Shown piece after piece: positions 25,290 through 38,232 of a stretch of DNA of 64,000 nucleotides (its first letter is position 1; every line of letters begins with the position of its first letter). Origin of the DNA: Lama glama (lineage: Eukaryota); assembly GCA_028534125.1 (NCBI GenBank), contig CM052817.1:89406001-89470000 (forward strand). Reading direction: 5' to 3'. Position numbers and translations under genes: made by a program. The notes under the pieces were generated by a model. That model was given only the letters and a program-made list of their open reading frames with translations, had not been told where the DNA came from and did no database searches.

Positions 25290-25785
25290 TTAGACAGAAA
25301 CTTGATGGCTCATGCTTTTTGTGTCCTGATCTAGGAAACAATTACTTCCTTCAAAACAAAAAGATCTGTTGACTCATTTGGTATTCTGTCAGGTTTTAAT
25401 GGTTCTTAATTTTGTTTACATGTATGATTAATCTTGATCAAATTCAAAATAAAGTTCATTTGCAGTGTAAGACAGGAATCGGTTTTTCCCCCACATTGGT
25501 ATACATTCACTTTTCTAATACATTTTATTGAAAAGAAAAGTTTCCACCATGGACGTGCCTTGGCACCTTTGTTGAAAATCACTTGATCATATATGTGTGG
25601 GTCTCTTTCCAAATTTTTTGTTGTTTTATTAATTTTTGTCTATTCTTAAGGCAATATCATATCATTTTGATTGCTATTGCTTTTTAATAAAGTCTTGAAT
25701 CAGACAGTATAAAGCCTTCAAAATTGTTTTCTTTTTCTAATTTTAATTATTCTAGGTATTTAAAGTACTTTAAAGCTTGCCAAAT
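25290..25785 (-). mobile_element. Old L1M ORF2 fragment
   Basis: The minus-strand ORF 25406-25612 (..PHIYDQVIFNKGAK..) is L1 ORF2 C-terminal-like. Confidence 0.75.
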
Positions 25786-27452
25786 GTATCTTCCCTAAAG
25801 GTATTTCAAATCTATTTACACTAAATTTAAAGTACAATACAATTTTCATAAATATTTAATGCAATTAACTCACCTCTCAATGAAAAGTAGTAAATGTATA
25901 ACAAGGATAACATAAATACTGTTGTAATAGAGGTTGCTTTACTGATATGTTCTTTCATTTTATTTTAAAATGCTTATTTTAAAAAATAGAGAGTCAAAGA
26001 GGTATTTTGATTTCAATTAATACATCTCTTTTAAACAACATGTTCAGGTTATTTCTGACAAGCCAGAAAGTAAATAAATGGTTAAATAGTACAGAGTGGT
26101 CCTTAGTCAATTTGTCAATATATAGGACATTGACTGACTACCAAACTTCTATATGACTCAGGAGATGTTAAGATGAGCTTCAATTTTTATATGATAATTG
26201 GAAATTTCAGAACCTAGTGTTCCATCAGTTAGCAAAGACAGATATGTCCAAAGATATGATAACAGTTTGAAAAAGTTGCTGGTGAGTGCAGATATCTAGA
26301 GAAAATTTAGCAAGTTCAAGTGACAGAAAATTGCAAGAAAAGGAAAATAATTTTTAAAATATATAGAATCATTCAATTATTTGTGATCTGCTGGAAACTT
26401 TGTCAGTTTTCCAAATATTATTAAATTCCACTCTAAATCCATGGGAAAGAAGTGTGAGGCAGAAAATCACTATGCCAATTGTGGTTTATTTTCATATTTT
26501 ATATTTTTGTATTTGTAGCATGGATTAATAGCTTGAATATTTGAATACTATTTGTAATACTTGACAAAGTTATTAATAACATTTAATATATCACCTGTGT
26601 TTCTTAAGCCCAGAAATAAATGAATATTTGTATTTAATAATTAAAGGCATTCAAACGTATTTTTCTGTATAAAATATACATTTTATTAAAATTTTTGGTC
26701 ATGTAAATGAGGAATTTTTATGTGTTTTTAATGAAAATAATCATAATATTCAATCTCAATATTTATTCACAATTAATATTATTTAAAATAATGTTATTTT
26801 TCAGTGATAAGGAAAAGCATGTATATGTAGAAGGCAGTATCACTCAATAATTTATTCTTAAGTAACTATCAACTTAAATCTTCATTGAAGATCTGTCATA
26901 TGTGGGAACTATGCCACATATTAGGGATAAAAAATGGTTCTTTCCTCAAACATACCGTACTTGAGTGGGTAGAAAGTTTATTTAATAGAGCACAAAATGA
27001 AATAGAAAATGCCCTCAAGCCAAATCACATTTCACTTCAAGAATTAGCTTTCCTCTAAATTATTCCATATTCTTTAAGTTTCTAATAAAAACCTATTAAC
27101 GGTTTTTAGCAGTACTTAAAATTTTCAACATCAGACCACTGGCATGAACTAAAATAATCTTCATCCTAGCATGGGTCCTAATATTTAATTACTATGAAAG
27201 AAGATTAACATTATAATAAGAAACTGATAAAATTCATGACTAAAAGCTAGCCATTTGGAGTGTGACAAAAAGAACTTTCTAGGCAGAGAAAACAATATTA
27301 GAAGCCTTCAGGCATAAAAATGGCTGGGTTTATTTGAAAACCAAAATAAATCTCATATAGCAAGGAAATACTCATGAAGAAAATAAATGGAAAGTTAGAG
27401 TAGGGTCAGATCATAAAGCCCATTGTAAAAAGTGTGGGATTATTTTGAATTT

Positions 27453-27800
27453 GTGTCAGTTTCCTAGAGCCGCTATAACAAAAATATGAAAAAACAGGTG
27501 GTTTAAAAGAACAGAAATATATCCTCTCACAGTTCTGAAATATAGAAATTCAAAATCAAGGTGTCAATGGGATTCATTCTTTTCAAGGATTCTGAGGGAG
27601 TGTCTGGTCCATGCTTCTCTCTTTGTTTTGGGTGATGACCCAAAATCCTTAGAGTTCACAAAGACATCTTTCCTGTGTGTCTGTGTGTCCAAATTTCACT
27701 TTTTTAAAATAATAATACTATTTATGTTGTATTATAAGCCCACCCTATGCCAATATGATCCCATTTTAACCCAGATTTCAAACAATTCACATTAAAAGCA
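27453..27800 (-). mobile_element. MaLR MLT1 (MLT1B/C-like) LTR
   Basis: TGTGTCAGTTTCCTAGAGCCGCTATAACAAA..ACAGAAAT..CTCTCACAGTTCTG..AAATCAAGGTGTC. Confidence 0.75.
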
Positions 27801-29400
27801 AAAGTTTAGTATCTATCATTCAACGTATAACATTTTAGATTTTCATCCTGTGATTATTCAATCAAACACTAATCAAGATACCACTGTGAAAGAATTGTGA
27901 AGATGGAAGGAATTAAAGTCTCAAATCATTTGACTTTAAAATATGGAGACTATCTGGGTGGGTCTGGCCCAATCAGGTGGGACTTTTAAAAGCAGAGAGT
28001 TTTCACTAATGAATGTAGATGCAAAAATCCTCAACAAAGTACTAGCAGACTGATGCCACCAATACATTAAAAGGATCATACATCACAATCAAGTGGGTTT
28101 ATCCCAGGGATAAAAGGATTTTTCAATATCTGCAAATCAATGTGATACATCACATTAACAAACTGAAGAATAAAAGCCATATGAATATCTCAATAGATGC
28201 AGAAAAATCTATCAATAAAAATCAACATCCATTTATGGTAAAAACTCTCCAGAAAGTAGGAATAGAGGAAACATACCTCAACATAATAAAGGCCATATAT
28301 ATGACAAAAACCACAGCTAGTGTTGTATTCAACAGTGAAAAATTAAAAGCATAAAAACATTTTCTCTAAGATCAGGAAAAAGACAAGGATGCTCATGCTT
28401 GCCACTTTTATCCAACATACTTTTGGAAGTCCTAGCCACAGCAATCAGAAATAAATAAAGAAATATATATATATAAATAAATAGAATCCATATTAGAAAA
28501 TAAGAAGTGAAACCATCACTGTTTGCAGATGACATGATGTAATACATAGAAAATACTAAATGCTACCAGAAAACTATTAGAGGTCATCAATGAATTTGGT
28601 AAAGTTACAGGATACAAAAGTATTATACAGAAATGTGTTGCAATTCTATACACTAGCAAAAAACTATTGGAAAGTGAAATTAATGAAATTATCCCATTTA
28701 CCATTGCATCAAAAACAATAAAATACCTAGGAATAAATCTAACCAAAGAGGTGCAAGACTTGGACTCAGAAAACTATAAGACACTGATGAAAGAAATTGA
28801 AGACAATACAAACAAATGGAAAGACATACTGTGTTCTTTGATTAGAAGAATCAATATTGTTAAAATGACAGTACTACCTAAGGCAATCTACATATTCAGT
28901 GCAGTCTCTATCAAATTACCAATGACATTTTTCACAGAACTGGAAGAAAAAAATCTAAAATTTGTATGGAAAAAGAACCAGAATAGCCAAAATGATCTCA
29001 ATAAAGAAGAACAGAAGTGGGGGAATCAGCCTCCCTGATTGCAGACTATACTACAAACTATAGTAATAAAAAGAGTATGGCACTGGCTCAAAACAGACAC
29101 ATAGATCAATGGACTAGGATAAACAGTCCAGAAATAAACCCACACACTTATGGTCAATTAACCTACAACAAAGGAGGCAAGAATACACAATGGAGAAAAG
29201 AGAGTCTCTTCAATAAGTAGTGCTGGGAAAACTGGACAGCTACATGTTAAAGAATAAAATTAGAACATTCTCTAACACCATATACAAAAATAAATTCAAA
29301 ATGAATTAAAGAGCTAAATGTAAGACTGGATACTATAAAACTCCTGGAGGAAAACATAGACAGAGCATTCTTTGACATAAATCACAGCAAAATTCTTTTG

Positions 29401-29500
29401 NNNNNNNNNNNNNNNNNNNNNNNNNNNNNNNNNNNNNNNNNNNNNNNNNNNNNNNNNNNNNNNNNNNNNNNNNNNNNNNNNNNNNNNNNNNNNNNNNNNN
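29401..29500. other. Assembly gap (100 N)
   Basis: Run of N. Confidence 1.
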
Positions 29501-30105
29501 TACAGCAAAGGAAACCATAAGCAAAATGAAAAGACAACCTACAGACTGGGAGAAAATATATGCAAATGATGCAACTGACAAGGGATGAATTTCCAAAATA
29601 CACAAACATTTCATACAGCTTGATATCAACCAACCAACCAACCAACCCAACCAAAAAATGGGCAGAAGACCTAAACAGACATTTCTCCAAAGAAGATATC
29701 CAGATGGCCTATAGGCACATGAAAAGATGCTCAATATCACTAATTATTAAAGAAATGCAAATCAAAACTATAATGAGGTATCATATCAGTCAAAATGGCC
29801 ATCAATAAAAAGTCTACACATAATAAATGCTGAAGAAGGTGTGGAGAAAAAGGAAGCCTCCTACACTGTTTGTGGGAATGTAAATTGGTGCAACCACTAT
29901 GGAGAACATTATGGAATTTCCTTAAAAAGCTAAAAATGGAGTTACTATATGATCCAGCAATCCCACTCCTGGGCATACATCTGGAGGAAACTCTAATTTG
30001 AAAAGATACATGCAACCCAAGTTTCATAGTAGCATTATTTACAATAGCCAAGACATGGAAGCAAACCAAATGTCCATTAACAGATGAATGGATTAAAAAG
30101 ATGTG

Positions 30106-30182
30106 GTATGTATGTGTATATGTATACGTATATGTATATGTATATTTATATGTGTATATATATATAAATATATATATATATA
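30106..30182. repeat. Compound (TA/TG)n microsatellite inside an L1
   Basis: Read directly from the sequence. Confidence 0.9.
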
Positions 30183-31035
30183 AAATGAAATATTCTTCTG
30201 CAATAAAAAAGAATGAAATAATGCCATTTGCAGCAACATGGATGGATCTAGAGATTATCATATTAAGCGAAATCAGATAGAGAAAGACAAATATCATGTG
30301 ATATCATACGTGGAATCTAAAAAAAATGATGCAAATGAACTTATTTACAAAACAGAAATAGACTCACAGACATATGAAACTAACTTGTGGTTACCAAAGG
30401 GGACAGCAGAGGTGAGAGGAGAGATAAATTAGGAGTTAGGACTAACATATACACACTACTATATATAAAATAGATAAACAACAAGGATCACTGTATAGTA
30501 CAGCGAACTATATCCAATACCTTGTAATAGTGTACAATGGAAAAGAATCTGAAAAAGAATATATATATATATGAATCACTTTGCTATACACTTGAACCTA
30601 ATACAAGACTGTAAATTAACTATACTTCAATTAAAAAAGGGTATTTTTAAAAAGTGACCAAATTTTAGTGAAATGAAACAAACAAAAAAAGCAGAGAGTT
30701 TCCTCCAGATAGGAACAGAGGAGGGAGTTGTATCTTCAAAGCACAAGGGGGATTCAATGTGTAGTTGCTGACTTTGGAGATGGTAGGGCCACATGCAAGA
30801 ACTGGAGATCTGTCTCTAGGAGCTGACAGCTTAACAGCAAGGAAATGAGAACCTCAGACATACGACCTTACAGAAATGAATTCTGCCAATAAGAATGACT
30901 AGGAAGAGATTCTTCTCCAAAACCTAAAGAAAGAAGTCATGCAAACACCTTAACGTTGCCCTTGTAAGACCCTGAGCAGAAAATCCAGCCTCACTATAGC
31001 AGATTTCTGGCTTACCAAACTTTGAGCCTATAAAT

Positions 31036-31140
31036 CCAATGAAAACTACAATGAGGTATCACACCAGTCAAAATGGCCAGTATTAAAAAATCTACACATA
31101 ATAAATGCTGGAGAAGGTGTGGAGAAAAAAATAATACATA
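31036..31140 (+). mobile_element. Short internal L1 ORF2 fragment with an A-rich tail
   Basis: Matches 29755-29850 of the neighbouring L1; flanked by TATAAAT at 31029-31035 and 31141-31147. Confidence 0.8.
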
Positions 31141-34100
31141 TATAAATAGATGAATTTTAAACTACTACGTTTGTAGTCATGTGCTACACCACAATAGAAA
31201 ATAACTACAATTTTTGTCACTGTTTTATATGGTTATTCCTCCCCATGACATATACATAGCAATACTGCCGAGAAGGAAAACTTCAGTTTCAATTTCTTTT
31301 TTCGTCTCTTAATTTCTTACTTGAATTCCTTTTTTTAAACCTTATTCCAGTAGGCCTTGAAGTTTTGTTGTGAATTCCTACTCTATGAAATTTTGATGAT
31401 GTAGTATAAGGTAGGTGATATGGGATATGTGGTACGTGGTATGTGGTAGGCTGTTTTTTCCCCTATTTAGAACTAAAAACAAAATTTGGGGCCAACTTTT
31501 ATAGAAAAAAAGATAGTTAAACTTAGCTTATTTTCTTGAAACTACTCTTTCTTTTTAATATTTTTATTTAATAAATTTTAAAAACTTATGGGAATGTAAA
31601 AAATTTGTTAAATAGTGCACTTAAGCCAAGATAGAATTTATATTTTTCTAAACATAAGCTTGATATGTTTCACTTAAATACAGGTTGACGTTTATTTTAA
31701 TAAATTTTATTTTACAACATGAAATTTTATTTACATTTTAAGCAGTAAAACCACAACAACAAAAAAGCAAGACGATGTCATTAAGAAATACAGGACATAA
31801 TTTTATATAAGACTTTGGGAAAACATTTTCTTACTGAGTAATATGATCAGTTTTAAATATAATTCTAGCAGGTACTAAATTGTTATGCACATGTTTGTTT
31901 CTTGATCTTTTAATAGGTCACTATATGGTATATAAAGTGTTTATTTTTAAATGAAATTTACCTTTTTATTATGAAACCTGTCTTTTTTGAGGGGGCAAAA
32001 ATATCCAATTTTAGGTAGAAAACTAAAATAAAGTAATTTCTGTCCTCATTCTTGATGCTTTTTAAACAAGAAAATGCCTGTTTATATATGTTAAGATGTT
32101 GAAAACTATAGCAAAATATTCATTCTTGTGAATGTTAAACATCCTACTTCTATAGAATTCCAGAACCTGTGTAGGGGCAGATCAGTAAGTCTCATCTTCA
32201 GTCTCTAATCAGACTGCAGCTCACAAAATTCTTCCCATTGTCTCAGAGTCTAGGTCTCAGTCTGAGCAGATTCAGAAAAAGGGTCCCTCACTCACTCATA
32301 CTCTTGTATTCAGTGGAAGGTGTTTTAGTCTCTCCTTTAGTTCTTGCAGGTGGTTTCCAGCAACTTCTGAGACTTACTGATTCCTTTTCACATACGCAAG
32401 TCCAAGCAGGAGTAGAAACACCTTCCTTTCCTTTTGCAGCTCGTTTTTCAAAAGATTGTTTCCTTTGACAACATTTTCTGCAAGACTTCACAAAGACCTG
32501 TTAGACCAGTTTTGGCAGTCATAGTTTACCTTAAAATTCTCCATGGAATGAAATCTACTATTTTCCTGACAGCATCCTCTAATTCACCTCTCTGCTGAAA
32601 CACCCTGCTGAACACTGCTCCTTTACTAACTCACTGGATTTCTGTGCGTAGCAAATGTATGTGCCCTTTGACCAGGTGTACACACATTTTTAAAACATTC
32701 TCAAGTAAAACTGGTCTTTGTTTAACAAGTAAAGTACTTTTGTAGCATCGTTCAAAACTTCTTTTTTAAATTTCAACTTCAAGAACTTTTGTCACCAGCA
32801 TTTCTCAGTGAAGAAAGCATTGTTGTGACTACATCAGGATTTTCTTTCATTTAAAGAGATATAAAACCTCTCATGAAACCAAACATTGGTGGGACACTGT
32901 CAGCACAAATGTCAACACAGTCCCTCCAAGACAGACTCTTTGTTTGCAGATAAGAGGGAAAACATGAAAAACAGCTTGGCCTTTGCTTGTTTCAGTCTGC
33001 TCTTTGCAGTAGGAAAAAAAAAAAATTCTTGAATCTCACTACCATTCACCAACCTTACAAATGCTACAGCATGACATTTACTGAAGAAATCTCAAGACTC
33101 ATTACCTGGTAAAGGAGCTGATGTTCTCCAGAATATTACACAAAACTTCTTCAGCATGATGTGGTTTGATATTAACATGTCTATTATCATACTGTTCGAG
33201 AGGGGAACCTTTCCAAATCCTCATACTGCATCTTATCCTAGCATTTTAATCACTATCATTTCACATACTGACATTATTAGGTTCTCATCAACTGTGTGAC
33301 TTTTCCTTCTCTGGGCAATAAGTTTAGTTACTAAATAACTTGCTTCCTAATGTGACTTTTTAAAATGAAAACTTCAGTTTTGTGATTCTAACATCTCTAA
33401 AGTAATCAGCACCTTTAAGTGTCAAAAGGCTGTAACTTGTAATGAAGTATATTTCAATTTTGCTGGAGCCATTCCTGCATTTTTAGTTTACTTGCCACAT
33501 AGTGGAATAGGAAATGTGGATTAAACCCCCAGGAAAAGGCCAAAGGATAAGAAAGTTTCATTGTAATGGTTGGCTGTTTTGTTTTTTTTTTGATGTGTGT
33601 GTCCTTGTTACATTTCTGAAATGACTCAGAAGATTATAGCTGTTCATCACCAACATTTCCAGAGCTGTTCACTGGCTTAGACCTAGAATACTCCTCTTTC
33701 TTTCACATCTCACTTTCAACAACCATCACACTTAACTCTCAGACATCTTTGTTTTAAAAAAAAGGCTAATAAGATATAAAACAGAAAAGTTTATTATGGA
33801 ATATTTGGAACAACAGCAAAGTGTGAAAGTAGGTAGCCAGTTGCAACATACAGAAATTCTTTCTTTTGAATTAAATTTTCCCTCTGACTTTCTTTCATGA
33901 TGGTAGAGCAAGCATGTTTGCTCCTATGATTTTCCTAAATCAGTAGGTGATGCCTAAGAGGGGGTTTCAGGGACATGATTTGGGAGGGAGAGTCTGATGT
34001 CATTGGCCTCCTCTCTTCCCCTTGGTATACTTAGGACTCACCAATTATAAACAGCCTCTCCTATACAATATCAAAAGTGAGAATGAGCACAATCAAAAGA

Positions 34101-35324
34101 GCACAGTGCTTTTGCACACATTGCTATCTGGGAGTGAAAAAAAGATTCTAAAATGTGATAATGAAGCTGCTCCATCACTGTGTGTGCTAAGATCTTGCAC
34201 AAGGTACAAAATATTTCTTTTTTGTATTATGATCCTTCACACTACCCATAACCACACCTTATTTAAATGAGGAACCCAGGTTGAGAAATCCTACTGTATA
34301 CCCACGTGGATTAGTATCAGCTACTTACCATAGTATTTTCATTTATCAGTAAAACTCATGTTAATTATTATATTTTTGTTTTAATATATATTTGGTATTT
34401 AAGTATACCATTTTAAGTGTTAAAATATAAATAAAAGTCACAAAAACTGTATATATAATATAATTTGTTCTATGACTTGTCCAGTAACTATCCATAATGA
34501 TTTAGAACCAACACACATAATCCTATAATGATACTGACAATGATGTTGGGAAACTCACATCTGTATGGGTGCTGTTCCACAAATCAAGTAAGACGAAAGA
34601 ACAATAGTATTAGATAGGCAGTTTCATCAAGATTGTTTCCACTTTAATGCATGCTATTGGAGTTCCAGCAGTACAGGCCAGACTTCAATAGCAGAACCTT
34701 CTTTATTATTTTTGCCATAAATTTTTGTTTTTTTTCCTTCTTTCTTACCACTTGGAAAGTTATTCAGGCATTTTATGAGATAAGGTTTTATGAAACTCTA
34801 TACTATACATATCATTACAACTAAATCTTATTTTACTGTCCTTCTCGAAGAGTGAAACCACAAACTGTCACTAGATTAATCAAGTCACAGCAATACTCCC
34901 TATTCAAGTGAAGCTATGTATGGCTGAGCTAAAGATATCAAAACTTCCGTAAATCACAATATAGATACTGTAGCACAAACATCAAAGCAGAATTTATTTG
35001 TAGTCGTAGACCCCAACCCCATCATATGCACTAGTCATCTTGTTCATCACTAGCTAGTTTTCAAGGTCAGGGAAGTAGTTACTAATGTCCTCAATGCTGG
35101 CAAATATCTGAAATTCCGTCTAAGTTCTGCAGATGTGATTTAAATGGAATAAAATTACATGCAAAGCAAGTATGAATAATTGTCAAATTGGCACTCTACA
35201 ATTAATCAAAATGTATTGAAAGGCTTCAAGGCAGGCACTATTGCTGTACTTTTTATTCATATTTTCTATGTTTTTAATATTGGACCAATTACACTGTGAG
35301 ACTTTCCTTCAAAATTATTGATAC

Positions 35325-35505
35325 ACCTTGTTTTCAAAATGACTGCACACAAGAATCATGAGTGAAAATTAAAACTAAGGGACAAATACATAATTACCAG
35401 AAACCACCCCCAAAACAACAGATCAGACTCTCTAAGACTGAGGACCAAACACATATTTTTATAAAGCTCTGCAAGTGTTGAAGCACAGAGTTGAAAATCT
35501 ACGGA
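35325..35505. mobile_element. MER5A-like hAT fossil
   Basis: TTTCAAAATGACTGCACACAAGAATCA..CAGACTCTCT..TATTTTTATAAAGCTC..AGTTGAAAATC. Confidence 0.55.
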
Positions 35506-35599
35506 CCAAATAATGTAAACATTTAAATCCCATCTTTGTACAATTAGCAAATAAGCTACATTCATGGTAATTTTGTTGGAGCTAGTGATAGCTATGATG

Positions 35600-36110
35600 A
35601 GTCATTCATTCATTCATTCATTTAATCAGGAATTCATGCATGAAATTGTAATTAAATGACTGTTGCATACATTATATTCCAGGAAATGGAAATACAAGAA
35701 CAAATTAGGCATAGTTCCAATTCTCAGTAAGATCATGTTATGAAAGCCAAGCACATTAAAAAAATTATAATGCAATGTGGTAACCGTAATCACAGAAGTA
35801 CTGCAACACAAAAAATAAAAGTGCAATGTGTAAGTGCAATTACAGGCTGTACCAAGAGACTAGAGAGGAAGGATGTTTAAATGTGTTTGAGATGTTAGGG
35901 TCTTGAAGTATGATTTACACCTTTTTTAAAATTTAAATGCATGTGAAGGAGACATTAGAAAAAAATCTTCAGAAGAAACGATAGCAAATGCAAAGACACA
36001 GAAGAGTAAGAGTTGGATATGGTTGAATAGTATACATTTGTTTAGAGATTATGAAAGATGGGTCTGGAAAAATAAGGACTTGAACATCATGTTGGGGGCC
36101 ATGATTACAA
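35600..36110 (-). mobile_element. L2 LINE 3' fragment, degenerate
   Basis: (CATT)n tail followed by L2-like ..GCAAATGCAAAGACACAGAAG.. Confidence 0.5.
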
Positions 36111-38232
36111 CAGTTTGAATTCACAGATAAGTAAAGCAAAAGAAAGTAAGAAAAAGAAGAGCAAATTAAAAAAAAAAAAAAAGAATGAAAAGAAGATGAA
36201 AGTGACCCATAAGACTATTAGTTTTATAGTTTTGCAAGTAGGATTAAGATGTAGCAACACTTTTATTACTCTATTACTCTATGATTTAAAAACCAAAAAA
36301 ATTTTTTTAAATCATAAAGGTGGAAAATAACATAAAAACACAGCATAGTTTGATGAGTTGACATACTCACACACAACTTGTGACATTGTCCTTTCTGTTC
36401 CCTTTTGTCTAAAGACAAGTGAAAAACCTCATCAAGGTTTTGGGACTCACTTGGGGGACCTGGAAACTTTTAAATCTGGGACAAAATTAGATATTATTTT
36501 TATCAAATCAATTCTGTCATAATGGAAGGAAGTGTAGTAGGGGACAAGATTACTTCTTTTCTCACAAATTGTTAAAACTGCATTTGGGTCAAGTTTGCTC
36601 TTCCAAAAATTTTAACTTCTTTTAGCCAGAGGGTATAATTTAAAGCATCAGCTTTTGGAACCAAATTGTTTGCATCAGGTTAATTAATTTAGTATCTTCT
36701 TCAAGGGGACAAAGCTCCCTGTTTCAAATCATTAACACTGGAATAGTAATCACACAGAAAAACAGTTTTAAAAAAATCTAATATGCAGTAGCAAGTTTGT
36801 GACAATTCGTTGAGTACATAAGAATCAATATATTACATAAAGATAAGAAATCAAAATTAGCCCTTTCTGACTTTTTTGACTGTAAGTCAAAACAAGAAAG
36901 ATTACTAGTTCTTATCCTCAATAGATTTTTACAAAATATGTTAGCAAGCTCATGTAATGGGGAAACAAGTTTTCTGACACTACCAAACAATGAATTTCTG
37001 GCTGTTACACTACAGTATGCATAGCCTTAGACTGTTTTGTAAGGTTCTTTTCCACAGGTCTAATTACTTGGGAAGAGTAGAGTACAAGGATCTAAAGGTA
37101 ACATGAAATGTAACAATTTTTTGCTCCATGTAGAACTGTCAAAAGTAATGCATGGTATTAAATTCTATATGCCCTAAGCAGAATTGTTACACAGAATACT
37201 TGCTCTATATACGAAGTACTTTAACTTATGTCAACCTTTCACCAATTATAAACACTTCATTAGAAGTTTTCCACATTACTAATAAACATAATGTAAAGTA
37301 GCTGGTATATGGAAAATTAGGACAGTCAATATGACTGAAATTTTAGTGTGAAAATATATGGCTAATGTCCTTTTTTAGCTCTGACTTGACCATATTAATC
37401 TTTCACAATTAAGAGTACATGACAAAGAAAATACTTCAAAGAAAATCTCAAGATATAAATCTATCCCTTCTGGTTACAGAAAAGGTAGACTTGATCCAAC
37501 TGTAAAGCAGCAGTAACTACATCCTTCATGAAAGTGTACCACTCTCACACTGCTGAATGCTACTTTACTCAGAGTTAATTATCAAGTAAATAGCTCAATA
37601 ATAGTGAAGTCAAAATTTCTAATGACATCAATTCTAGTATTTTCAATACTCAGATTTTAAGTGAGTTACTATAAATGCTACTTCCTTATATACTTTTTGC
37701 AAGTCCTAACTATTTTAGCTAATTGTGCATATTTCCCTCTTTATTTCTATTCATTAATACTATAGGCTGTAGAAATTCAGTAAAGTGAAATTCTATAGGA
37801 GTAAAACATTATTTTACAATGTCAGCTCTATATAGTTGCCAGCAGAGAGAAAATATTTTTCAACTATTTCTCTGAATTCTCCTAGCTAAGAATGAAAAAT
37901 AGCTCCTCAAATGCCAGTGAACTGCATCAGCCATATTTGCCAAAAGCTCTTGTTGGAGAGCAAGCATCAAATAACCCCTCTTCCCTTCTACAAACTCATT
38001 CTCAAGATGGCCTTGGTTCCTTTTTTCCTTTAATTTACTTTAAACCTTTAAGGGTAATTATTAACCTAGTCTTACAGAAAAACTCAACTAATTAGCTCGG
38101 TCAGACGGGCGCTGAGATGCTTATGGAAGTAATATCATGATGGCTGTCTAAAGAGAACCCCAAGTTCAGTTCAAACTTATATTGGTTGGTGATGGTGGTA
38201 CTGAAAAAACTACATTCAAGAAAAGACATGTG

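Larger units (their letters stand above)
28003..30686 (+). mobile_element. 5'-truncated L1 (ORF2 from the RT domain to the 3'UTR); contains a 100-N gap
   Basis: Begins at the SLMNVDAKILNK motif; ORF2 remnants 28142-28354 ([20 protein letters not shown]) and 28667-29038 ([15 protein letters not shown]). 15-bp TSD AAAAGCAGAGAGTTT at 27988-28002 and 30687-30701. Confidence 0.95.
27848..31210 (+). mobile_element. MaLR MLT1 (MLT1E/F-like) LTR split by an L1 and by a small L1 fragment
   Basis: AATCAAACACTAATC..CTGTGAAAGAATT..CCCAATCAGGTGG..AAAAGCAGAGAG | resumes at 30687 ..CTAGGAGCTGACAGC..GAATTCTGCCAA..CCTGAGCAGAAAATCCAGC..CAATAGAAAATAACTACA. Confidence 0.75.

Noticed and set aside
29314..30297. 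Minus-strand ORFs of 64-185 aa
   Set aside because: Antisense L1 ORF2 sequence plus an N gap and a microsatellite; not genes.
32238..32491. Overlapping 76-aa and 67-aa ORFs in unique sequence
   Set aside because: Non-ATG starts and no recognisable protein similarity; not supportable as CDS.
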